Assembly: GCA_903891415.1 (NCBI GenBank)
Contig: CAITEH010000052.1
Location: 3,727 to 67,726 of the forward strand
Source of the DNA: Candidatus Firestoneibacteriota bacterium
GTDB taxonomy: Bacteria; Oederibacteriota; D2-FULL-39-29
Reading direction: 5' to 3'
DNA: 64,000 nucleotides
Positions 27,108 to 37,192 of this stretch are shown here, in pieces. The position numbers were made by a program, and so were the translations under genes. Below the pieces are notes generated by a model. The model did no database searches, was not told the DNA's origin, and worked only from the letters and a program-made list of their open reading frames with translations. Each line of letters starts with the position of its first letter. The first letter of the stretch is position 1.

Positions 27108-28190
27108 GTGCTTTATCATTTATTGTTCCCTCTTTACAAGTACTGGAGCGCATTTTATGTTTTTAAATATTCAACCTTTCGCGCACTCTACGCGGCCCTG
27201 ACCGCGGCTCTGGTGACTTTTCTAATAGGACAATTTGTCATAAATAAACTGAAACAGCTCAAAGTTGCCCAGCCTATACGCGAAGACGGGCCCCGGACCC
27301 ATCAAATTAAATCCGGCACACCGACCATGGGCGGTATTATAATAATTATTTCAGTGCTGTTCTCGGTCTTGATGTGGGCGAATCTTGATAATGGTTTTAT
27401 CCGGCTTACCCTTTTTACCTTTGTCTTTTTTGCTTTGCTTGGAGGCGCGGACGATTATCTGAAACTGGTACGCATGAATTCAAAAGGTATCTCTATAAAG
27501 ATGAAACTTCTGGGCCAGCTTGCCGGTGCCGGTGTGGTGGTGGCTTTCCTTTACTTCGATCCGGCCAGTGCGGAATTTGCAAGGCATATAAAGGTCCCTC
27601 TGGTCAAGTTTCCGGTAAATCTCGGTATTTTTTATTTTGCGTTTGTGGCTGTTGTTATTATCGGCTGGTCTAATGCGGTTAATTTTACGGACGGCCTTGA
27701 CGGGCTGGCTACGGGATCCCTGCTTTTTACCACTCTGGCGCTTACCGTAGTTGCTTATGTGGCCGGGCACGCCAAATTTTCGGAATATCTCAGGATAATC
27801 TATGTGCCTGACGCTTCAGAATTGGTAATTTTCTGTGCCGCCATAGTCGGCTCCTGCCTGGGGTTCCTCTGGTTCAACAGCCATCCGGCGCAGGTCTTTA
27901 TGGGTGATACAGGTTCACTGCCCCTGGGTGCGGTACTCGGCCTTATTTCCGTGCTGGTAAAGTTGGAACTTCTTCTGGTCTTGATAGGCGGAATTTTTGT
28001 AGTGGAAGCTTTCTCTGTTCTTATTCAGATAGTTTCCTTCCGTCTTTTTAAGAAAAGGGTGTTTAAAATGGCTCCTCTGCATCATCATTTTGAACTGATG
28101 GGCATGCCTGAATCAAAAATAGTAATAAGGTTCTGGATAATCGCTATTTTGATCGCTGTAGCCAGCTTGTCTTTGCTCAAACTTAGATAG
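27108..28190 (+). CDS. mraY: Phospho-N-acetylmuramoyl-pentapeptide transferase
   Basis: K.GTPTMGG, DD, NAVNFTDGLDG, FMGD.GS, MAPLHHHFE. Confidence 0.97.
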   Translation: MLYHLLFPLYKYWSAFYVFKYSTFRALYAALTAALVTFLIGQFVINKLKQLKVAQPIREDGPRTHQIKSGTPTMGGIIIIISVLFSVLMWANLDNGFIRLTLFTFVFFALLGGADDYLKLVRMNSKGISIKMKLLGQLAGAGVVVAFLYFDPASAEFARHIKVPLVKFPVNLGIFYFAFVAVVIIGWSNAVNFTDGLDGLATGSLLFTTLALTVVAYVAGHAKFSEYLRIIYVPDASELVIFCAAIVGSCLGFLWFNSHPAQVFMGDTGSLPLGAVLGLISVLVKLELLLVLIGGIFVVEAFSVLIQIVSFRLFKKRVFKMAPLHHHFELMGMPESKIVIRFWIIAILIAVASLSLLKLR

Positions 28191-28205
28191 GAAACAGGAG
28201 AGAAC

Positions 28206-29588
28206 TTGGATTTTATGGGTAAAAAAATAACGGTGGTCGGAATGGCCAGAAGCGGTATCGCGAGCGCGGCTTTCTTGAAAGAAAAAGGCGCCGTTGTTAC
28301 GGTAACCGATTCCAAAGCGGAAAGCGAGCTCCTGGAGCAAAAGGCGGCTCTTACCGCGCTCGGCGGAATAGAAATGGAATTTTCCGGGCATTCGGAAAAG
28401 GCGCTTTACGGGGCGGAACTCCTGGTGGTTTCTCCGGGAGTCAATACAAAAGAGACGGCTTTTATTTTGGCCGCGGAAAAAGGTGTTGAGATAATTGGTG
28501 AGCTTGAACTGGCGGCGCACTCTATCCGGGCTTCTATTATTGCCGTTACCGGCACAAAAGGCAAGACAACGACTACTACGCTTATCGGCGAGATATTAAA
28601 AAAAGCGGGAAAAAAGACTATTGTCGGCGGGAATATAGGAAAACCTTTAACGGATTTTCTTCTATCGGGAGAGCTGCTTGACGAGAAAGCGTATTGCGTT
28701 GCCGAGGTCAGCAGTTTTCAACTGGAGACCATAAAGTCCTTTAAGCCGGTGCTTGCGGTGATACTCAATATAGGCAGCGACCATATGGACAGATATAAGA
28801 GCCTCCAGCAATATGTTGAAGCTAAAGGAAATATTTTTAAGAACCAGTCCGGTTCTGAGGCGCTGATACTTAATGCCAACGATAAATTTACCCCGCTTTA
28901 TGAGACTCTGGCAAAAAGTAAAATTTATTACTTCGATTCCCAGAACCGTCTTGCGCCCGGGAAGGAAGGGGTGTTTCTTGCGGGAGAGAAGATCCTGCTC
29001 AGGGTGCACGGGGAAGAAACAGAGGTCATGGAGCATAAAGAACTTCTTATAAAAGGAATGCACAATGTGGAGAATGCCATGGTTGCGTGCCTGGCGGCTA
29101 AAATTATGGGAGTTACAGGGCCGGAAAGTTCTTCGGTACTCAGGAATTTCAAAGGCGTGGAACACAGGCAGGAGTTTGCCGGGGAAATTAACGGGGTAAA
29201 GTTCATTAATAACTCGCAGGGCACCAACATGCTGGCGGTGGAAAAATCCATACTCAGTTATACTTCCCCCATAATACTTATAGCGGGCGGGAGAAATAAG
29301 AACAGTGATTTTACGGAGTTAAAGAAAACAGTAGCCGGCCGGGTCAAATACATTGTGGCTATCGGAGAGTCCAGGGAAGAAATTAAAAAAGCTTTAACGG
29401 AAAGTGCTCCGGTTGAAGAGGCGGGTACTATGGCTGAGGCCGTGAACAAGGCGTTCGGTTTTGCGGTTTCCGGAGATATTGTGCTTTTGTCCCCCGGCTG
29501 TGCAAGTTTTGACATGTTCAAAAATTACGAAGAAAGAGGCAGGGTATTTAAAAAAGCCGTTCTGGACCTGAAAACGGCGGTAAAATAA
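28206..29588 (+). CDS. murD: UDP-MurNAc-L-Ala:D-Glu ligase
   Basis: GMARSG, SPGV, GTKGKTTT, GNIG, EVSSFQL, LSPGCASFDMF. Confidence 0.96.
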   Translation: MDFMGKKITVVGMARSGIASAAFLKEKGAVVTVTDSKAESELLEQKAALTALGGIEMEFSGHSEKALYGAELLVVSPGVNTKETAFILAAEKGVEIIGELELAAHSIRASIIAVTGTKGKTTTTTLIGEILKKAGKKTIVGGNIGKPLTDFLLSGELLDEKAYCVAEVSSFQLETIKSFKPVLAVILNIGSDHMDRYKSLQQYVEAKGNIFKNQSGSEALILNANDKFTPLYETLAKSKIYYFDSQNRLAPGKEGVFLAGEKILLRVHGEETEVMEHKELLIKGMHNVENAMVACLAAKIMGVTGPESSSVLRNFKGVEHRQEFAGEINGVKFINNSQGTNMLAVEKSILSYTSPIILIAGGRNKNSDFTELKKTVAGRVKYIVAIGESREEIKKALTESAPVEEAGTMAEAVNKAFGFAVSGDIVLLSPGCASFDMFKNYEERGRVFKKAVLDLKTAVK

Positions 29589-29605
29589 ATTAAAGGGGAA
29601 AACGC

Positions 29606-30718
29606 TTGCAGGACCTGATGCCGCAGAGAAAAAGATATGACGGAGGAGTGCTGCTTACCGCTCTTGTTATACTTTTGGCTTTTGGCACGGTTATGGTCTT
29701 CTCTTCTTCCGGGATCTACGCGAGCGATAAATATAAGAGTATCCACTATTTTCTTATGAAACAGGTCTTCTGGATAGGCGCGGGCAGCCTCGGCCTGATA
29801 TTTTTTAAGAATATTAAATATGAAAAGTTGAAAACGCTCGCAAAGCCATTTTTTATAATATCAGTGCTTTCGCTCTTCCTGGTTTTTGTGCCGCATCTGG
29901 GAAAAGCCGCCGGCGGGGCTAAAAGATGGGTCTCTTTATTTGGTTTTACTTTTGAACCGAGTGAAATTCTTAAACTTGCTTTTATAATCTATATAGCCGA
30001 GGCGATAGAACGCAAGCAGGAATTGATCAGGTATTTTATGCGCGGATTTTTACCCTATGTATTGATACTCGGGTGCGTGGCCGGAGTCCTTATTTTACAG
30101 CCGGATGTCGGGTCAATACTGATGCTGACCTTTGTTCTGGCGCTCATGCTTTTTGTCGGCGGGGTTCGGCTTTCCCATGTACTTGCGGTCGCTCTGCCCC
30201 TGGTACCGCTGGCCTGCATCGTAATAATGAAGGCCTCGTATAGAAGCAGAAGAATTAAGGCATTTTTGGATCCCTGGGCGGACCCGCAAGGCACGGGATT
30301 TCAGATGGTACAGTCCTTCATTGCTTTTGGTTCCGGCGGTATTTTCGGCAAGGGTTTGGGGAACGGCACACAGAAACTCTTCTATCTGCCGGAAGCGCAC
30401 ACGGACTTTATTTTTGCCATCGTCGGCGAGGAAATGGGACTGGCCGGCGCGACCGCTGTCTTACTTGTCTACAGCTTTATTATCTGGAAAGGAATAGAAA
30501 TAGCGCTAAAACTGGATGATACGTTTGGAAAAGTGCTGGCTGTAGGAATTACCAGCTGGATAGGCCTTCAGGCTTTCATAAATATGTCGGTTGTTACGGG
30601 GCTGCTCCCCACCAAGGGGCTTACTCTTCCTTTTATAAGTTACGGGGGTTCGTCGCTTCTGGTCAACATGATGGCCGTCGGGCTGCTGCTCAATCTTTCA
30701 AAACAGGTGAGAAGATGA
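29606..30718 (+). CDS. ftsW: SEDS peptidoglycan polymerase FtsW
   Basis: GAKRW, EPSE..K, QPD.G, LPEAHTDF, GLTLPFISYGGSS. Confidence 0.95.
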   Translation: MQDLMPQRKRYDGGVLLTALVILLAFGTVMVFSSSGIYASDKYKSIHYFLMKQVFWIGAGSLGLIFFKNIKYEKLKTLAKPFFIISVLSLFLVFVPHLGKAAGGAKRWVSLFGFTFEPSEILKLAFIIYIAEAIERKQELIRYFMRGFLPYVLILGCVAGVLILQPDVGSILMLTFVLALMLFVGGVRLSHVLAVALPLVPLACIVIMKASYRSRRIKAFLDPWADPQGTGFQMVQSFIAFGSGGIFGKGLGNGTQKLFYLPEAHTDFIFAIVGEEMGLAGATAVLLVYSFIIWKGIEIALKLDDTFGKVLAVGITSWIGLQAFINMSVVTGLLPTKGLTLPFISYGGSSLLVNMMAVGLLLNLSKQVRR

Positions 30719-31785
30719 AGATATTGATAACTTGCGGCGGGACCGGAGGGCATATATACCCGGGTATCGCTTTCGGGCGGCTGGCCGCAAAAGAAAATGA
30801 AACAGTCTTTGTCGGCGGGATAAATGGCATGGAAGAAAAAATAATTAAGGCCGAAGGTTTCAGGTTCATCCCGATACCGGTAGGGAAGCTTTTAAGGAGC
30901 TTTGCCTTTAAAAATATTGTTAATATGGCAGGGTTTCTCCGCGGAATTTTTGCAGCGCTAAACGTGCTTAAAAGAGAAAGACCCGATGTAATAATAGGTT
31001 TTGGAGGTTATGTTTCGGCACCCATGGTGCTTGCAGGAAAGTTAAGACGGATACCGGTGGCTCTGCATGAACAAAACGCGGTCCCCGGGCTTACCAACAG
31101 GCTGCTTTCAAAACTGGCCCGCCGCGTCTTTGCCGGTTTTCCGGGCGCGGAAAAAGAATTCGGCGCGAAAGGTATTTACACGGGAAATCCGGTCAGAGAA
31201 GAGATCGGAGGTACCGCCAGGGAGGCTGCCCGCAGGGCTTTGAATATAGCGGCAGGAAACAAAGTTGTTTCCGTGATCGGCGGCAGCCAGGGTGCCCGCA
31301 CTATGAATGTGCTTGTCTTTGAAGCTTTGAAAAAACTGAAAACCGGAAGTATCAACGTGCTCTGGATGACCGGTGAAAAAGATTACGCGTTCTATAAGGA
31401 AAAAGTGAAGGAACTTGACGGGGTAAAACCCGAGTTGAAACAATATTTTAACAATATGAACGAGATCTATGCGGCAACCGATGTCTTGATCGCCCGGGCC
31501 GGAGCTTCGACTATCTCGGAAGCCGTCAAGTGCGGCATCCCGGCGATCTATATCCCTTTTCCGGCCGCGGCAAATAATCATCAGGTCTATAACGCGAGGG
31601 CGGTTGCCGTAAAAGGCGCGGCCCTGATGTATGAAGAAGCGGGCCTGACCGGAGAAAAACTCGCGAAAGAAATAGAGCGGCTGCTCTCAAATTCCCTGAC
31701 GCTCAAAGAAAATATTAAAAAACTGAAGTCCGCTGACAGCGCGAAATTGATGCTTGCGGAGCTGAAAAGGATGGCCGGTGCTTAA
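30715..31785 (+). CDS. murG: Lipid II GlcNAc transferase
   Basis: GGTGGHIYP, HEQN, GNPVR, GGSQGA, RAGAST, HQ..NA. Confidence 0.97.
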   Translation: MKILITCGGTGGHIYPGIAFGRLAAKENETVFVGGINGMEEKIIKAEGFRFIPIPVGKLLRSFAFKNIVNMAGFLRGIFAALNVLKRERPDVIIGFGGYVSAPMVLAGKLRRIPVALHEQNAVPGLTNRLLSKLARRVFAGFPGAEKEFGAKGIYTGNPVREEIGGTAREAARRALNIAAGNKVVSVIGGSQGARTMNVLVFEALKKLKTGSINVLWMTGEKDYAFYKEKVKELDGVKPELKQYFNNMNEIYAATDVLIARAGASTISEAVKCGIPAIYIPFPAAANNHQVYNARAVAVKGAALMYEEAGLTGEKLAKEIERLLSNSLTLKENIKKLKSADSAKLMLAELKRMAGA

Positions 31786-33157
31786 AAAAACGTATAAAGT
31801 ACATTTCGTGGGGATCGGGGGTATCGGCATGAGCGGTATCGCCGAAGTCCTGCTTAATTTAGGTTACTCTGTTTCTGGTTCCGACTCAAAAGGTTCAGAA
31901 ATAGTTGAGAACTTAAAAGCCCGGGGCGCGGTTATCGGCCTCGGCCATTTCGCGGAAAATGTCCAAAGGGCCGCGCCTGATGTGGTAGTCGTCTCCAGCG
32001 CGGTGCTGGCGGATAATCCGGAAGTGGTTGCCGCTAAAAAACTGAACATTCCGGTCATACCGCGGGCGGAGATACTTGCCGAGTTGATGCGCCTGAAGAC
32101 CGGCGTGGCCGTTGCCGGAACCCACGGCAAAACCACCACCACATCCATGGCTGCGGTGGTTTTTAATGAAGCCGGCTTGGATCCGACCATGGTAATAGGC
32201 GGCAGGCTTAATGTTATCGGGAGCAATGCGAAACTGGGCAAAGGTGAATACCTGGTGGCGGAAGCCGATGAATCTGACGGTTCTTTCATGCATTTAAGCC
32301 CGGTTATTACTATCGTAACAAATATAGACGACGATCATCTTGACTTTCATCATAACATGGAGAACTTGAAGAACCTTTTTATAAGTTTTATTAATAAGGT
32401 CCCGTTTTACGGCGTGGCGGTCCTTTGCGTCGATGACGGGAATATACGTAGCATACTCGGTTCTCTTGAAAAAAAATATATCACATACGGCATAAAACAT
32501 AAAGCAGATATCAGGGTTGAAAATCTCAAAGAGAAAAAATATGGCAGCGAATTTGAAGTGCTCTACCGGGGCAAGAAGCTCGGGAAATTCACTTTAAATA
32601 TCCCGGGTATCCATAACGTGCTTAACTCTCTTGCTGTTATAGGAGCGGCCATAGAGACCGGGATCAGGCCGGCGGATGTAAAACGGGGCCTCGCGAAATT
32701 TAACGGGGTCATGAGGCGGTTTGAAAAACTCGGAGAGAAGAATGGTATCACGGTCATAGATGATTACGGCCATCATCCCACGGAGATCATGGCCACCCTA
32801 AAAGCGGCCCGGTCCTTAAAACCCCGGAGACTGATAGCGGTTTTTCAGCCGCACAGGTATTCAAGGACCAAGATCCTGTTTGAAAAATTCGGCCGGGCTT
32901 TTAAAGAGGCTTCCCTGGTGGTACTTACGGATATTTACGCCGCTTCGGAAAAGCCCATACCTAATGTTACGGCTGAACTGGTAGCCAATAGTATAAGAAA
33001 TAACGGAAAAAAAGTGATCTACAAGAAGAATAAAGAGGATATTCCCGGCTATCTTCAGGAGATCTGCAAGAAAGGAGATCTGGTCTTGATACTGGGCGCC
33101 GGGGACATACGCAAGACCGGTGAGGAATTTGCCAGGAGGCTTAAAGACAAGCAATGA
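31778..33157 (+). CDS. murC: UDP-MurNAc:L-Ala ligase
   Basis: GIGGIGMSG, GTHGKTTT, EADESD, DDYGHHPTE, FQPHRYSR. Confidence 0.97.
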   Translation: MLKKTYKVHFVGIGGIGMSGIAEVLLNLGYSVSGSDSKGSEIVENLKARGAVIGLGHFAENVQRAAPDVVVVSSAVLADNPEVVAAKKLNIPVIPRAEILAELMRLKTGVAVAGTHGKTTTTSMAAVVFNEAGLDPTMVIGGRLNVIGSNAKLGKGEYLVAEADESDGSFMHLSPVITIVTNIDDDHLDFHHNMENLKNLFISFINKVPFYGVAVLCVDDGNIRSILGSLEKKYITYGIKHKADIRVENLKEKKYGSEFEVLYRGKKLGKFTLNIPGIHNVLNSLAVIGAAIETGIRPADVKRGLAKFNGVMRRFEKLGEKNGITVIDDYGHHPTEIMATLKAARSLKPRRLIAVFQPHRYSRTKILFEKFGRAFKEASLVVLTDIYAASEKPIPNVTAELVANSIRNNGKKVIYKKNKEDIPGYLQEICKKGDLVLILGAGDIRKTGEEFARRLKDKQ

Positions 33158-34014
33158 AGATACAGGAACCTTTAAATAAATATACGACCCTGGGACTGGG
33201 CGGGCCTGCCGATTGCCTGCTTAATATCGGGGATATTTCCGGATTGAAAAGGGTGCTGGAATTCGTAAAAAAGCAAAAATTACCGCTTACCCTGCTGGGC
33301 GGGGGCAGCAATGTATTAATAAAAGACGGCGGGATAAGGGGCCTGGTCGTAAGGTTGAAAGAGGATTTTGCCGGGATAAAAATAAAAGGAACGAAAGTTA
33401 TTTGCGGCGGCGGGGCTATCCTGTCCGGCGCGGTAATTGCTTCCGCGGCAAAAGGCCTGTCCGGCCTGGAGTTTGCGGCAGGGATACCGGGAACAGCCGG
33501 AGGTGCCGTAATCATGAATGCGGGAGCAAACGGCTGCGAGCTTAAGGATGTTGTTAGGCAGGTAAAGGTTATGGATGTAAACGGAAAAATAATAAAATTA
33601 ACACCGGCAAAATGCGGCTTTGTATATAGAAGCTCAAAATTAAAAAGCGGCAGGAATATTGTAATAGAGGTCACATTCGGCCTGAAAAAAAGCACACTAA
33701 CCGGAGTAAAAGCAAAGATCCGGGAATATTTAACAAAGAGGCAGGCGCAGCAGCCTTGTTCCCTGGGTACCGCGGGCTGTATTTTTAAGAATCCCAAAGG
33801 GTTCTCGGCAGGGCAGTTGATAGATTCTTGCGGTTTGAAGGGTAAAAAGTACGGAAAAACGGAAGTTTCCAAAAAACACGCGAATTATCTGTTGAACCGG
33901 GGGAGTTCCTCCCGTGATTTTCTTAAACTTATGGAGACCGTAAAAAAGACGGTTCTAGAGAAAAAAGGTGTTAAGCTGGAAGAGGAAATTATCATTCTGG
34001 GAGAAGACAGGTGA
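33154..34014 (+). CDS. murB: UDP-N-acetylenolpyruvoylglucosamine reductase
   Basis: GG.A, GGGSN, GIPG..GG...MNAG, QP..AG..FKNP, LEEE. Confidence 0.95.
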   Translation: MKIQEPLNKYTTLGLGGPADCLLNIGDISGLKRVLEFVKKQKLPLTLLGGGSNVLIKDGGIRGLVVRLKEDFAGIKIKGTKVICGGGAILSGAVIASAAKGLSGLEFAAGIPGTAGGAVIMNAGANGCELKDVVRQVKVMDVNGKIIKLTPAKCGFVYRSSKLKSGRNIVIEVTFGLKKSTLTGVKAKIREYLTKRQAQQPCSLGTAGCIFKNPKGFSAGQLIDSCGLKGKKYGKTEVSKKHANYLLNRGSSSRDFLKLMETVKKTVLEKKGVKLEEEIIILGEDR

Positions 34015-34952
34015 ATAACGTATTTGCCGGAGACTACGGGCTTTTAAGAAATAAAAAAATAGTCCTGCTTGCCGGAGGTATCTCTTCAGAGAGAAAGATC
34101 GCCTTAAAAAGCAGCGCTGCCGTTGAAAAGGCGCTCCGGAATATGGGCCTTAAGTTTGTGCGTATTGATTTTAACAGCAAGAACAGAAAAGAAATATTTA
34201 CTCTCATAGGCCGGGCCCGTCCGGACGTCGTTTTCCTCGGGCTTCACGGCAGTTATGGCGAAGACGGCTGTATTCAAGGCGGCCTGGATATTATGGGGAT
34301 CAAATATACCGGTTCGGGAGTGCTGGCAAGCTCCATTTCCATGGACAAGCTTATTGCAAAAAAACTTCTGCTCGAGGCCGGCCTGCCGACCCCCGGATAT
34401 TATGAGCATACCGGCGGGGAGCTTAAAATGAAGCTGCCGGTAGTAGTAAAGCCCGTGGACGGCGGTTCCACCATCGGAATAACTATTGTAAAGACGGAAA
34501 AAGAGTTTCAAAAAGCCGTGCGGCTTGCGAAAAAATACTGTTTTCGGGTAATGGTGGAAAAATATATCAAAGGACGGGAGGTTACGGTGCCGGTCCTGTT
34601 CGGCAAGGCGCTTCCGGTAATAGAGATAATACCGAAAACGGCCTTCTATGATTATGTGGCAAAGTATACCAAAGGTATGTCCGACCATATCTTACCGGCA
34701 AGGCTGGGGAAAAAGTTGTACTTGAGAATTTCCGGGCTGGCGGTCTTAACACACAAGCTCCTGCTCCTGAAGGATTATTCCAGGATAGATCTTATGATAG
34801 AAGAAAAAAGCGGGCAGCCCTTTATTTTAGAAGCGAATTCTTTACCGGGGCTGACCGGAACCTCTCTTCTTCCCGAAGCGGCAGAGCACGCCGGGATAGG
34901 TTTTGAGGAGTTGATCTTGAAAATGCTCGCGGGCGCGCTTAGAAATGGATAA
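34011..34952 (+). CDS. ddl: D-alanine--D-alanine ligase
   Basis: GG.SSER, LHG..GEDG, GS, FYDY.AKY, RID, EAN.LPG. Confidence 0.95.
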   Translation: MNNVFAGDYGLLRNKKIVLLAGGISSERKIALKSSAAVEKALRNMGLKFVRIDFNSKNRKEIFTLIGRARPDVVFLGLHGSYGEDGCIQGGLDIMGIKYTGSGVLASSISMDKLIAKKLLLEAGLPTPGYYEHTGGELKMKLPVVVKPVDGGSTIGITIVKTEKEFQKAVRLAKKYCFRVMVEKYIKGREVTVPVLFGKALPVIEIIPKTAFYDYVAKYTKGMSDHILPARLGKKLYLRISGLAVLTHKLLLLKDYSRIDLMIEEKSGQPFILEANSLPGLTGTSLLPEAAEHAGIGFEELILKMLAGALRNG

Positions 34953-35826
34953 CCGGATATTTTTTTCCAAATACCGGAAAAAAGCGGCTGCGGTAAATAT
35001 AAAGACTTACAGGGTAAACGCGGCCGCGAATGTGGACAGTGCCGTTCTAAAAGTAACACGTAAAAAACTTGAACCGGTCAGAAAAATATTTAAATACGCG
35101 GGCCTTATCCTGGCCGCCGCGGCGGGAATTTATGCGGTATATTATGGACTGAATAAGCTCCACACTTCCCCGGATTTTGAGGTGAAGGAAGTCAAGATAA
35201 CGGGTAATAACTATACGAGTAAGAATGAGATCCTGGCTCTGGCCAGGGTGGAGGCAAGAAAGAATATGTTCGCGATCCCGTTAAGCGACGTAAAGTCAAA
35301 ACTTAAGGCGAACCCGCAATTCAGGGAAGTTGCCATAAAAAGGGTCTTTCCCGGGATCGTAGAGATAAATATAACCGAACGGGAACCGGTGGCCTATATA
35401 GGCGCGGACAAGGCCTACCAGATAGACGCGGAAGGAGTTACCTTTCCGGCTATCAAATCGTTTTTCCACGGCAAGCGCCTTTATACTTTTACCGGCACTG
35501 CCGTAAATTTAAGTGATGTCGGCAAGAAAACGTCTTCTTTGGTCTTAAAACAGGCCCTGGCGATGGTGGAAAAACTGGAGGCACGGGCAACGCCGTACCT
35601 TAACGATGTTATGGTAATTGATGTTACCTGTCCGGAGGAACTGGCGCTTTTGATACCGAATACTAAACGGGTCTATAAACTCGGGGAAGGCAACTGGGAT
35701 GAAAAAATAGATAAACTTGTTTGTCTTCTGATAAATTTAAATGAAAGAAAAAAAGAAGTACAGAGCGTTGATCTAAGGTTCCGCGATGAAGCTATCGTGC
35801 AGTTTGGAGCGAATTCTAAAAACTAA
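34945..35826 (+). CDS. ftsQ: Cell division protein FtsQ/DivIB
   Basis: Basic cytoplasmic tail, TM helix, POTRA (ITGN..., R.FP..I.I.ER.P), C-terminal VDLRF. Confidence 0.9.
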   Translation: MDNRIFFSKYRKKAAAVNIKTYRVNAAANVDSAVLKVTRKKLEPVRKIFKYAGLILAAAAGIYAVYYGLNKLHTSPDFEVKEVKITGNNYTSKNEILALARVEARKNMFAIPLSDVKSKLKANPQFREVAIKRVFPGIVEINITEREPVAYIGADKAYQIDAEGVTFPAIKSFFHGKRLYTFTGTAVNLSDVGKKTSSLVLKQALAMVEKLEARATPYLNDVMVIDVTCPEELALLIPNTKRVYKLGEGNWDEKIDKLVCLLINLNERKKEVQSVDLRFRDEAIVQFGANSKN

Positions 35827-35850
35827 ACAACTTAAAGAGGCGGTGGGAAA

Positions 35851-37098
35851 ATGGCTAAAAATGAGAACGAGAAAATAGTGGTCGGGCTGGATATCGGGAC
35901 GACCAAGATCTGCTGTGTGATCGGTGAAGTGAACGATTCCGGCGGGATCAACCTGATAGGTATAGGCAATTCGATATCGCGCGGGCTAAAAAAAGGTATC
36001 GTGGTCAATATCGAATCCACCGTGGGAGCCATAAAGAAAGCGGTTGAAGAGGCCTCGCGGATGGCAGGCGTTGAAGTGGGTTCCGTTTATGCCGGCATTG
36101 TAGGAAATCACGTCAAGGGTATTAATACCGAAGCAGTCGTGGCTATTGCCGGAAAGAATAAAGAAGTTACCAATGCCGATGTGGAAAGGGTCATAGAGGC
36201 GGTCAAGACCCAGTCGGTGCCGCCTGAAAGGGAGGTTATCCATATTATCCCGCAGGAGTTCATCCTGGACGATCAGGACGAGATAAGGGCTCCCATAGGA
36301 ATGTACGGCCAGCGCCTGCGCGCCAAAGTGCATGTAGTAACGGCATCGGTGGCAAGAACGCTGGATATTGTGAGGTCAATAGAAAAAGCCGGCTACTTCG
36401 TTGAAGATATAGTCTTGCAGCCGTATGCTTCGAGCGAAGCGGTACTAACTTTTGATGAGAAAGAGCTCGGGGTCTGCCTGGTGGATATCGGCGGGGGTAC
36501 TACCGATATTATTGTTTTTATTGACGGCGGGGTCAGGCATACTGCCGTGGTCGCGGTCGGAGGTATTCAGGTCACGAATGATATTGCCATCGGCCTCCGG
36601 GCGCCTATTGAAACGGCCGAAGATATCAAGAAAAACTACGGCAGCGCTTTTGCGGGCTCCGTAAGCGAGGTGGAAGAAGTAAGAGTAAAACTGATCGGCG
36701 ACAGGCCGGAGAGAGTTGTCCCTAAAAGAATAATTGCGGAAATAATCCAGCCGAGGATGGAGGAAATATTTGAAATAGTAAATCAGGAGCTTAAAATGTC
36801 CGGTAACGACGGAAAAATTGCCTCGGGAGTGGTCGTAACCGGCGGCGCGGCGCTGATACCCGGAATTGAAGAAGTAGTGGAGAAGGTCCTAAAAGTTCCG
36901 GTCAGGGTAGGGTATCCCCAGGGGATAAGCGGCCTGGTCGAGACCGCGAATTCACCTATGTACGCGACTGCGGTCGGCCTGGCGCTTTATGGCGCAAAAG
37001 CCAAAGCCAGCGGCAAGATTGGCGTAAGGGACCCGCGCCACGGAGGTCTGGAAAACATCTTTTCTAAAGTAAAAAAATGGTTCGGAGAGTTCTTTTAA
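35851..37098 (+). CDS. ftsA: Cell division protein FtsA
   Basis: GLDIGTTK, DIGGGTT, VTGG, C-terminal amphipathic VKKWFGEFF. Confidence 0.97.
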   Translation: MAKNENEKIVVGLDIGTTKICCVIGEVNDSGGINLIGIGNSISRGLKKGIVVNIESTVGAIKKAVEEASRMAGVEVGSVYAGIVGNHVKGINTEAVVAIAGKNKEVTNADVERVIEAVKTQSVPPEREVIHIIPQEFILDDQDEIRAPIGMYGQRLRAKVHVVTASVARTLDIVRSIEKAGYFVEDIVLQPYASSEAVLTFDEKELGVCLVDIGGGTTDIIVFIDGGVRHTAVVAVGGIQVTNDIAIGLRAPIETAEDIKKNYGSAFAGSVSEVEEVRVKLIGDRPERVVPKRIIAEIIQPRMEEIFEIVNQELKMSGNDGKIASGVVVTGGAALIPGIEEVVEKVLKVPVRVGYPQGISGLVETANSPMYATAVGLALYGAKAKASGKIGVRDPRHGGLENIFSKVKKWFGEFF

Positions 37099-37192
37099 AA
37101 ACTCAGCGGGGCGGAAAGCCCGGGAACAATTAAAAAAGCAATTATAATTATCAAAAAGTCCGTCACGGCGGACAAAAAACGGAGGAAGTAAA

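Noticed and set aside
34011-34952. D-Ala-D-Lac peptidoglycan supplied by LarA
   Set aside because: Ddl has the omega-loop Tyr (YDYVAKY) typical of D-Ala-D-Ala ligases.
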